Positions 5,895 through 12,477 of a stretch of 12,477 bases of DNA are shown in pieces (positions within the stretch are counted from its first letter, which is position 1; each line of letters begins with the position of its first letter). This DNA is from Chlamydiota bacterium (GTDB lineage Bacteria > Auribacterota > JACPWU01): assembly GCA_016196885.1 (NCBI GenBank), contig JACPWU010000041.1, forward strand, positions 1 through 12,477. The letters are read 5' to 3'. The notes under the pieces are model-generated. The model searched no databases and was not told where the DNA came from. It saw only the letters and a list, made by a program, of their open reading frames with translations. A program made the translations under genes and the position numbers.

Positions 5895-8198
5895 ATGAAA
5901 ATCGAACGCCTGACTCAGTTTGTTTTAGACCACCCCAAGCTTGTCATCGGAGCAACGCTTGCCTTCACGCTTCTTTTTGCGGCGCAATTTCCAAAAATTG
6001 CTATTGATACCGATCCCAAGCACATGCTGCCCGCCACGTCGCCCGTTCGTCAGTACAACGATCAGGTGGAAAGAGATTTTGCCCTTCATCCCGATGTGAT
6101 CGTACTTGGCATCGTTAATTCGGAGAGTATTTTTAATCCACAAACACTTAAAACGATCAAAGAGCTCACCCGCGCGATTCAGGAGATTCCAGGAGTTATT
6201 TCGCGTGATGTGGATAGTCTGACGACCGTGGATAATGTGTCATCCATTAATGGCGAACTCGTCGTGAAGCCCGCTTTAGGTGAGATCCCGCAATCCGATG
6301 CGGAGCTCGCGACCTTAAGAAAAGCGCTTCTTGGCAATTCGCTTTTTGTAAACCGGTTTATTTCGGCGGATTCAAAAACGGCCGCCATTTTTATTCCCAT
6401 CGAGCCGACCGCTAACGGCAAAGAGATCGCGGACAAAATTCGCTGGCTTCTTCCCAAAGGCTCAGGGAAGGATCAATTTTATATCGCAGGCGACCCCGTG
6501 GCTCGCGACACATTTGGGACAGAGATGTTCCGTCAAATGGCTCTTTTCTCCCCTATCGCGGGAATCGTGATGTGTATCTCTCTTTGGTTTATGTTTCGTA
6601 ACGTGACAGTGATCATCGCCAATATGGCGGTCGCGATGATCAGCATTATCTGGAGCATGGGGGGTTTGATCGGCCTTGGCTATCCTGTCCACATCATGAG
6701 TTCAATGAGCCCTGTCTTTCTGATGGCTATCGCGACGGACGCGGTCCATATTTTTAATGAATTTGCTTTTCGATTAAACGAGGTCAAGGACAAACACAGG
6801 GCGATTCTAGAAACGATGAAGGTGGTGGGGCCGCCCGTTTTTTATTCCGATCTCACGACCGCGGTGGGATTCGCCGCGCTTGCGACCGGATCGATCATTC
6901 CGGTCACGATTTTCGGATGGGTCGTTGGTTTTGGAACCGTGGTCATTCTTCTGATGAGCTACACGCTTGTGCCCGCCATCCTCGTGCTTGTCCCTGAAAA
7001 ACATATCTTAAAGATGATGAAATCAGGTGAAGGAAAAAATCAAACACCCTTTTCATGGCTTTCTCACTTGGGAAAATTTTGCGTGGAAAGGACCCAACCC
7101 ATTCTTGTGGTAGGCCTCGTATTGATGGGGGTGGCAACGGTGGGTCTTGCCTGCATCCGGGTAAACAACAATATGGTGAATTGGTTCAAGCGGGACAGTG
7201 TTGTCAGGACCGCGGATCGAGTGATGAATCAACATCTCGGAGGAACTTCCACGGCGTATCTGGTCGTTCAAGGACAAGAGGATGGCATCATAGGGACACC
7301 GGCTCTCTTGAGTCAAATCGAGGGTCTCGAGCGTGAATTGGAAAAAGATCCGCTGGTCGGGAAAACATTTTCCGTGGTGGATTACATCAAGCGTGTGAAC
7401 CGGGTCCTGCACGATAATGATCCCGCGTTCGACCGCATCCCTGACACGGAGCGTGAAGTGGGGCAGTACCTTTTTCTCCTCGAGTCAGCCGCAAAACCAA
7501 GACATTTGGATAACGTCATTGATTTTCCTTCAAAGACCGCCAATGTCATTCTTCAATTAAAAAGTTGGGATGCAGGGGTGATGGAGAAAGTGGCCGCGCA
7601 GACGGACGCCTTTCTTGCGGCACATCCCTTGCCTAAAGGAACGACGGTCAAACCCGCCGGTATTGCGTACTTTAATAAGGTATGGAACCACGAAGTTCTT
7701 TGGGGAATGCTGAGTAGTTTTCTTTGGGGGTTAGTTTTTGTTTTGATTCTTCTGATGATCGAGACCCGCTCGTTTCTTTGGGGGGCGTTGAGTTTCCTGC
7801 CACTTTTATTCACCATCGCGTTTATTTATGGAGTGGTGGGGCTTATCGGAAAAGATTTTGACATGCCGGTGGCGGTTTTATCCACGCTTTCTCTGGGCAT
7901 GGCCGTTGATTTTGCCATTCACTTTGTCAGTCGATTCCGGAAGCGGCTCCGAGAAAAACCCGATTTGAAAGAAGCGCTTATTTGGGCGGTTGCCCGCCCC
8001 GGTAAGGGGATTTTCTTGAACGCGATTCTCTTTGCGCTGGGTTTTGCGGTGATGGGCTTCGCGGATCTCACGCCCTACATCACGGTCGGGATTTTGATGG
8101 CGGCCATGATGGTCCTCTCGTCGGTGGCAAGTGTTATTTATTTACCCGCTCTTATTCAATTGGGTCGTCGAAAATTGGTAAAGGAGGATGTCCGATGA
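5895..8198 (+). CDS. MMPL / RND-superfamily inner-membrane transporter (HpnN-like architecture)
   Basis: 767-codon ORF starting 3 nt after the arsR stop. It has two repeats, each a periplasmic domain followed by a hydrophobic bundle. The repeats show duplicated motifs: AIATDAVHIFNEF in the first half and GMAVDFAIHFVSRF in the second. Confidence 0.9.
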   Translation: MKIERLTQFVLDHPKLVIGATLAFTLLFAAQFPKIAIDTDPKHMLPATSPVRQYNDQVERDFALHPDVIVLGIVNSESIFNPQTLKTIKELTRAIQEIPGVISRDVDSLTTVDNVSSINGELVVKPALGEIPQSDAELATLRKALLGNSLFVNRFISADSKTAAIFIPIEPTANGKEIADKIRWLLPKGSGKDQFYIAGDPVARDTFGTEMFRQMALFSPIAGIVMCISLWFMFRNVTVIIANMAVAMISIIWSMGGLIGLGYPVHIMSSMSPVFLMAIATDAVHIFNEFAFRLNEVKDKHRAILETMKVVGPPVFYSDLTTAVGFAALATGSIIPVTIFGWVVGFGTVVILLMSYTLVPAILVLVPEKHILKMMKSGEGKNQTPFSWLSHLGKFCVERTQPILVVGLVLMGVATVGLACIRVNNNMVNWFKRDSVVRTADRVMNQHLGGTSTAYLVVQGQEDGIIGTPALLSQIEGLERELEKDPLVGKTFSVVDYIKRVNRVLHDNDPAFDRIPDTEREVGQYLFLLESAAKPRHLDNVIDFPSKTANVILQLKSWDAGVMEKVAAQTDAFLAAHPLPKGTTVKPAGIAYFNKVWNHEVLWGMLSSFLWGLVFVLILLMIETRSFLWGALSFLPLLFTIAFIYGVVGLIGKDFDMPVAVLSTLSLGMAVDFAIHFVSRFRKRLREKPDLKEALIWAVARPGKGIFLNAILFALGFAVMGFADLTPYITVGILMAAMMVLSSVASVIYLPALIQLGRRKLVKEDVR

Positions 8199-9013
8199 AA
8201 TATTTAAGACTCGGTTTGGCGCTGGTTTCATTATTGTGCGTGAGTGGCATGGCACTCGAATCTACCCCTGCGGCGGAAACACCCGATGGAGGTGGTGTGA
8301 TGAAAGAAATGATTGCGGCCTATTACTACGCGCGCACAGATGCCAAAAGCGAAATACGAATGCGCATCGTGAACCGCCAGGGGCAAACCCGCGAGCGGCG
8401 GCTGACCCTGCTTCGCCTGGATAAGACGGATGGCGGCGAGCAGTCCTATTATATTTATTTTCGTGAGCCGGCGGATGTCCAGGGGATGAGTTTTTTAGTC
8501 CTAAAACATCCGGGGGGTGGTGATGACCGGTGGCTCTATCTCCCCGCGATGGATCTGGTCAAGCGGATCGCAACGAGCGACAAACGCACAAGCTTTGCCG
8601 GATCGGATTTTACCTATGAGGATGTCTCCGGGCGTGATCTGGACCAGGATGAGCACACACTCGAAGGCGAAGAAACTCTCGGGGAATATTCGGCCTTTAT
8701 CGTTAAAAGTACGCCGAAGCACCCAGGCGAGGCGGAATTTAATTATCGGAAGTTTTGGATCGATAAAGCCACGCACCTGCCTCTTAAAGTTGAACATTAC
8801 GATTTAAAAGGAACGCCTTACAAGGTTTATGAAACCCAAGAGATCCAAAATATGGGCGGTACTCCAACTGTCACCAAGGCTGTCATGAAAGACCTTGGCA
8901 ACGGGCGGTTCACGGAGATTACCATTAAGAGCGTCTCGTATGACTCGGGGATCACGCCCGATCTTTTCCAGGAACGGTTCTTGCGCAGACCCCCTTCTCA
9001 ATGGATTCAGTGA
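8195..9013 (+). CDS. Periplasmic LolA-like protein (outer membrane lipoprotein-sorting protein family)
   Basis: 272-codon ORF whose start overlaps the MMPL stop (ATGA at 8195-8198). It has a signal peptide, MKYLRLGLALVSLLCVSGMA. The hallmark block DDRWLYLPAMDLVKRIATSDKRTSFAGSDFTYEDVSGRDLD matches the LolA_like family as I remember it. Confidence 0.8.
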   Translation: MKYLRLGLALVSLLCVSGMALESTPAAETPDGGGVMKEMIAAYYYARTDAKSEIRMRIVNRQGQTRERRLTLLRLDKTDGGEQSYYIYFREPADVQGMSFLVLKHPGGGDDRWLYLPAMDLVKRIATSDKRTSFAGSDFTYEDVSGRDLDQDEHTLEGEETLGEYSAFIVKSTPKHPGEAEFNYRKFWIDKATHLPLKVEHYDLKGTPYKVYETQEIQNMGGTPTVTKAVMKDLGNGRFTEITIKSVSYDSGITPDLFQERFLRRPPSQWIQ

Positions 9014-10317
9014 AGAAAAACTTGTACAGTCGAATCAGTCTATTTCTGGTGGCTGTATTTTTTTCGGTATTGACGGACAAGGGCGCGTTTGCCGACGACC
9101 CGACTAAAAACATTCACGGCTTCGTGGAGGCCGCCTATGGCCCAAAACTGAATCAAGACGGATTGACGCAGAAGAACGGTTTTAATTTTATGGAACAGCG
9201 TCTCCAGCTCAAAACAAGCTACCGTCCTGATCAGTCCGAAACCTTGGCTCGATGGAATACGGAATTTTTTTATAAAGGTGACCTTCTCGTTGACGAGCAC
9301 GAGGAAGCCGTGCGGTATCACATTCGCGAGGCGAATGGGGTTTTTAGTCCCTTTTCATGGCTTGATGTGAAGCTTGGGAGACAGATTCTTACGTGGGGAA
9401 CAGGGGATCTCCTTTTTATCAATGATGTATTTCCGAAAGATTTCGAATCTTTTTTCATGGGTCGCGATGACGAATATCTCAAAGTTCCCTCCGACGCCGC
9501 AAAATTTTCTTTATACAATCCCCTGTTTTCCGCGGATCTGGTCCTTATTCCTTTTTTTACGCCCGATACCCCTCTTGACGGCGATCGATTGAGCTTCTAT
9601 GACGTATTTCTCGGCCGCCTGGCCGGGAAAGAATCCCGCCGTTTATTGACAGAGCCGCCGCTACAACCCGATCGCACGGAAGTGGCTGCCCGTGTCTACC
9701 GTAATTTCAACGGTTATGAAGCAGCACTTTACGGATTCAAGGGCACTTTCAACCAAGCTTGCGGGATCAAGAACGAGGACAACAAAGAATTTTTTTACCC
9801 AAGGCTTGTTGTTTACGGCTCGAGCCTCCGCGGTCCGTCGCCTTTTATCGGGGGGATCGTCTCGGGTGAGATCGGCTATCTGGAGTCTTTGGAAGATCCG
9901 AGCGGTACAAATCGACTTATTGAAAACTCAGCGATAAAATATCTTGCGGGTTATGAACGGGATTTCCCTAAAGACTTGCGTGTCGGGGTTCAGTATTTTG
10001 TTGAAGAGATGCTGGATTTCGATGAGTTTAAAACAAGTGCCAGGTCCGGCGACGTGCCGCGTGACGAGTTCAGGCAGCTTCTAACTCTTCGGATTACGAA
10101 GCTTTTTTGGCAGCAGACCCTTGAGGCATCGCTTTTTACTTTCTATAGCCCGACGGATAGCGACGCACACCTGCGTCCCCGGTTAGCGTGGCAGGTTAAC
10201 GATCAATGGAAACTAACAGCGGGAGCCAATATCTTTTTTAGCCAGCATGACTGGACAGAATTCGGGCAGTTGGATGAAAACGATAACTTGTATATTCGGG
10301 CCAGATATAGTTTTTGA
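9001..10317 (+). CDS. Putative outer-membrane beta-barrel protein (DUF1302-like / alginate-export-like)
   Basis: 438-codon ORF overlapping the upstream gene by 13 nt. It has a signal peptide ending ..KGAFA/DD and an LGRQILTWGTGDL motif. Alternating hydrophobic strands include LRVGVQYFVE and LEASLFTFYSP. The C-terminal ..YIRARYSF has an aromatic last residue, as in OMP beta-signals. An alternative start is GTG 9010. Confidence 0.7.
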   Translation: MDSVKKNLYSRISLFLVAVFFSVLTDKGAFADDPTKNIHGFVEAAYGPKLNQDGLTQKNGFNFMEQRLQLKTSYRPDQSETLARWNTEFFYKGDLLVDEHEEAVRYHIREANGVFSPFSWLDVKLGRQILTWGTGDLLFINDVFPKDFESFFMGRDDEYLKVPSDAAKFSLYNPLFSADLVLIPFFTPDTPLDGDRLSFYDVFLGRLAGKESRRLLTEPPLQPDRTEVAARVYRNFNGYEAALYGFKGTFNQACGIKNEDNKEFFYPRLVVYGSSLRGPSPFIGGIVSGEIGYLESLEDPSGTNRLIENSAIKYLAGYERDFPKDLRVGVQYFVEEMLDFDEFKTSARSGDVPRDEFRQLLTLRITKLFWQQTLEASLFTFYSPTDSDAHLRPRLAWQVNDQWKLTAGANIFFSQHDWTEFGQLDENDNLYIRARYSF

Positions 10318-10440
10318 ATGACGCGGGGGCAGCCTTCAGAAACTCACAAGGAACGGAACATTGTCCGATATCAACGATAAATGATCTATACGAGATCGTA
10401 AAAGAGAGCGACAGAGTCGTTACTTTTTGACCATCTTTTT

Positions 10441-11322
10441 TCAAAATTCTACGTGAAAATTTAGACGCACCAGATCATCGCTTGAACGTGTAAGCCCGAT
10501 GGCAAACCCGGCGCTCAACATGGCTCGTTCGCCCACATGGAACATGATGCTGGGTTGAATATAATGCTCTTGCCTTGAAGGCGAAAAATCCAATTTCTTC
10601 GAGTCTCCTAAAGCGCCGATAAATTCAACCGCGAGTCCCGCTGGCATGATAAACGCTGGTTTTTCGGCTGTTTCGCGGAAATGGTGAGCGTGTTCATGTT
10701 CCTGAGAATAGAGCCGGTATGAAACGCCTGTGGCATAACCGAAGGCCGTGATTCCATTATCCGTGTCGGTTTCATTGATCCAGTTGAACGCCGCGTTCCA
10801 GCGCTCGGAAAAATCCTGTGACAGAATAACGCGGGTCTCTATGATCCTTTCGCGGTCTGGCTCTTCGGCTTCTTCCTCTTCGTAGGGAGGCGTGACCCAT
10901 CCGCTCACTTCCATCTTATAGCGCGTCGCCGGGTCCAAATCTTCATACTCAACGTATAACACGGGATTCAGAGGCACTTCCTTCTCAAAGAGGCGATAGC
11001 GGGCTTCATAGCGAAAACCGGTGAACTTCGCCTCGTCACCGCCCGTTTCCTCAAACCACTCCGTCATCCACTCCAAGGCAAGCTGGTTTGTGGGAGCGTA
11101 TTCGATCTCCAGCATGTGGGACAGGTAATTCTCTTGTCCTTCCTCACGTTTGGCATCTGAAGGAGAAGTAAAATCGTTCATGAGCATAAATACTAGCTCT
11201 CCCTTTTCAATGTGATGCGAGTACGTCGTAAAATAACCGCCGTCCGCAAAAGAAAATTGAGGTTTTACAAGGTTAACCGCCAACAAAGCAAAAAGAATGA
11301 CTCCTATTTTTCGGGTACCCAT
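10441..11322 (-). CDS. Secreted beta-barrel-like protein with acidic and His-rich loops (putative outer-membrane protein)
   Basis: 293-codon ORF with AGGAG 5 nt upstream of the ATG. It has a signal peptide ending ..QFSFA/DGG. Alternating strands include ITAFGYATGVSYRLY, and the terminal ..VRLNFHVEF ends in Phe. It also carries the loops PPYEEEEAEEPDRER and QEHEHAHHF. I do not recognise a family. Confidence 0.6.
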   Translation of the reverse strand: MGTRKIGVILFALLAVNLVKPQFSFADGGYFTTYSHHIEKGELVFMLMNDFTSPSDAKREEGQENYLSHMLEIEYAPTNQLALEWMTEWFEETGGDEAKFTGFRYEARYRLFEKEVPLNPVLYVEYEDLDPATRYKMEVSGWVTPPYEEEEAEEPDRERIIETRVILSQDFSERWNAAFNWINETDTDNGITAFGYATGVSYRLYSQEHEHAHHFRETAEKPAFIMPAGLAVEFIGALGDSKKLDFSPSRQEHYIQPSIMFHVGERAMLSAGFAIGLTRSSDDLVRLNFHVEF

Positions 11323-11394
11323 TTCGCTCCTTTCACAATCATTCGCCGATCCCGCTTGGCTCGTTTGCCAAAGACTCCATTAAGACACCTTTCA

Positions 11395-11413
11395 ATTGAG
11401 ACACTGTCTCAAT
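11395..11413. promoter_or_regulatory. Perfect 9-1-9 palindrome ATTGAGACA-C-TGTCTCAAT, candidate operator
   Basis: The palindrome sits in the 111-nt gap between the fur-family stop (11434) and the downstream ORF start (11322). On the transcribed strand a TATTAT hexamer overlaps its edge. A 19-bp 9-1-9 layout is the classical Fur-box geometry, although the sequence itself is not the canonical Fur box. Confidence 0.5.
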
Positions 11414-11433
11414 AATAGGGCAAAAAAATTTAC

Positions 11434-11874
11434 CTACCTCCTACAACTCGCACACCGCACAAAAAGCTTGTGGTCATGAAAAAGAAGCTCGGCATTGTAT
11501 TTCTTGCAGACTTGCATTTGCAGTTCCTCAATTGCCCCATTGTGATACTCAATCACCTTCCCGCAGCCGACGCAGATAATGTGATCGTGATGCCCTTTGG
11601 AACTAGAGCGTTCAAAAAATTCGCCTTTACCGTTACCGACCGATTTTTGGATAACCCCGCTTTCGAGAAGCAACGGGATTGTACGATACACCGATCCGCG
11701 GGCGATGTTGGACTTTTCCTTTTTAAGGATCTCGTACAATTCATCCGCATCAAAGTGTCTCGAAAGCCGCGAGACTTTTTCGTAGATGCTCCGACGGACC
11801 GCGGTGTACTTAAGGCCCTTCTTTTCAAGAAACGCTCCGAATGAGTTGGCTAACATAGATTGGCTACTCTCCAT
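11434..11874 (-). CDS. Fur-family metalloregulator (Fur/Zur/PerR subtype not assignable)
   Basis: 146-codon ORF with a DNA-binding N-terminal half (..SVYRTIPLLLESGVI..). It has the metal motifs HHDHIICVGCGKVIE and a C-terminal CASC. The start could instead be Met7 (11856). Either start overlaps the end of the upstream ORF. Confidence 0.9.
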   Translation of the reverse strand: MESSQSMLANSFGAFLEKKGLKYTAVRRSIYEKVSRLSRHFDADELYEILKKEKSNIARGSVYRTIPLLLESGVIQKSVGNGKGEFFERSSSKGHHDHIICVGCGKVIEYHNGAIEELQMQVCKKYNAELLFHDHKLFVRCASCRR

Positions 11875-12395
11875 TGAGACAGTATCCTATTTGAACTAAA
11901 TCTCAATGTCAAGAAGTATTGATGCGGCGAAAAATCACTCCCGTCCCTGCGTGTGGGGGCCTCTTTATCCCTCAAATGGATGTGTTCATCGTGGATTTTG
12001 CCGTTCTCAAAAGAGATAATTGCGACAAAAACCAGTTCCAGCCTTTTCCCGGTCGGGGGGATTCCAGGCAGGAGCCAATCCATTGGGGTGGTGTGGGTGC
12101 AGCGAAAGATAAATTCGTCCACGACCCTGGTTTGTCCCACGGTCCTCGAGATAAGCTCTGTCTCAACATCGGCCGGCATATTTGGGATAAAATATTTTCC
12201 GTAAAAATGCTCGAGTTGTTTTCTCCCTGAACCACCCACCAGGGTGGGGACATGGTTGACATAAGGGTTTTTGACCATGGTGTCGCAGGATGCTGCAGCA
12301 TTTTTGTCTTCGAACTCAGCCTTCACATGTCTCTCCCACAAGTCAACCATGGCTCGCTCATGGGGTGTCAACTGTGTTAAATCGAGTGTAAACAC
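11850..12395 (-). CDS. NTF2-fold / SnoaL-like (ester-cyclase-like) protein
   Basis: 181-codon ORF with a GTG start preceded by AAAGGAGG at a 7-nt spacing. Roughly the first 135 aa (LTPHERAMVDLWERHV ... GIPPTGKRLELVFVAIISFENGKIHDEHIH) look like SnoaL-like proteins. The last ~45 aa look unrelated and run over the fur start region. Confidence 0.65.
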   Translation of the reverse strand: MFTLDLTQLTPHERAMVDLWERHVKAEFEDKNAAASCDTMVKNPYVNHVPTLVGGSGRKQLEHFYGKYFIPNMPADVETELISRTVGQTRVVDEFIFRCTHTTPMDWLLPGIPPTGKRLELVFVAIISFENGKIHDEHIHLRDKEAPTRRDGSDFSPHQYFLTLRFSSNRILSQWRVANLC

Positions 12396-12477
12396 GGTAA
12401 GACCTCCTTTTTATTTTACCCTTCATTTGCCCTGTAGAAACTTCTCCATGATTACGTATTGTAACCGTTTTTCTTCC

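Noticed and set aside
5925-8424. Numerous 60-120-codon ORFs in other frames or antisense within the MMPL gene (for example 5925-6143, 6179-6457, 6462-6692, 7053-7412, 7055-7336, 7553-7816, 8188-8424)
   Set aside because: All are nested in a long ORF with strong family signatures. Their products are Arg/Ser/His/Gly-rich, as expected from off-frame translation of GC-rich coding DNA.
10318-10440. Terminators in the convergent gap (GATCT-atacg-AGATC and CGAC-aga-GTCG followed by TACTTTTTG)
   Set aside because: The stems are only 4-5 bp and the U-tracts are weak or absent. I could not assign a convincing intrinsic terminator to either strand.
12159-12166. TGTCTCAA, 8 of 9 of the palindrome half-site, inside the SnoaL-like gene
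   Set aside because: It is an isolated half-site with no inverted partner, and it lies inside coding sequence. It is probably chance.
4917-12477. Direct repeat of the tRNA-Ser 3' end that would mark the far attachment site of an island
   Set aside because: I found no convincing match to GGTTCGAATCCCCCCCTCTCCGCCA or its 3' portion downstream in this window. If an island exists, its far boundary lies outside the window.
12396-12477. Promoter for the SnoaL-like / fur operon (a TAAAAT hexamer on the minus strand)
   Set aside because: A -10-like hexamer is present, but I found no acceptable -35 at 16-18 nt spacing. I left it uncalled.

Overview
The window has two parts, judged by gene content and by hand-counted base composition.

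The left part (1-4916) has lower GC and looks like core genome, all on the + strand:
- a WcaI-like glycosyltransferase, translationally coupled to a WecA/MraY-family polyprenyl-phosphate sugar-phosphate transferase that carries an extra soluble tail
- a small DUF3566-like membrane protein
- tRNA-Arg(ACG)
- a decayed nucleotidyltransferase with its small partner ORF
- tadA
- tRNA-Ser(GCU)

The spacers around the two tRNAs hold unusual non-coding structure. There is a 33-bp hairpin built from ATTTTRG heptamers ending 4 nt before tRNA-Arg. There is also a dispersed TAGGG..GTAGGG repeat family with at least six copies, one of which is a canonical G-quadruplex motif. Two copies form a perfect 14-bp inverted repeat bracketing the inter-tRNA module.

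Directly after tRNA-Ser lie an HNH-nuclease fragment with an in-frame stop, a frameshifted and truncated Abi_2 (AbiD/F-like) fragment, and AT-rich filler.

From about 5550 onward the sequence is GC- and CpG-richer and carries two regulator-linked envelope modules arranged convergently:
- ArsR-family regulator, MMPL/RND transporter, LolA-like periplasmic protein and outer-membrane beta-barrel. These are tightly coupled on the + strand.
- NTF2/SnoaL-like protein, Fur-family regulator and a His/Glu-rich beta-barrel-like secreted protein on the - strand. A perfect 9-1-9 palindrome sits in front of the last gene, and the same 9-mer half-site recurs at the fur start.

I found no CRISPR array, no rRNA and no intact integrase or transposase. 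All functional calls rest on motif recognition by eye. No database search was run.
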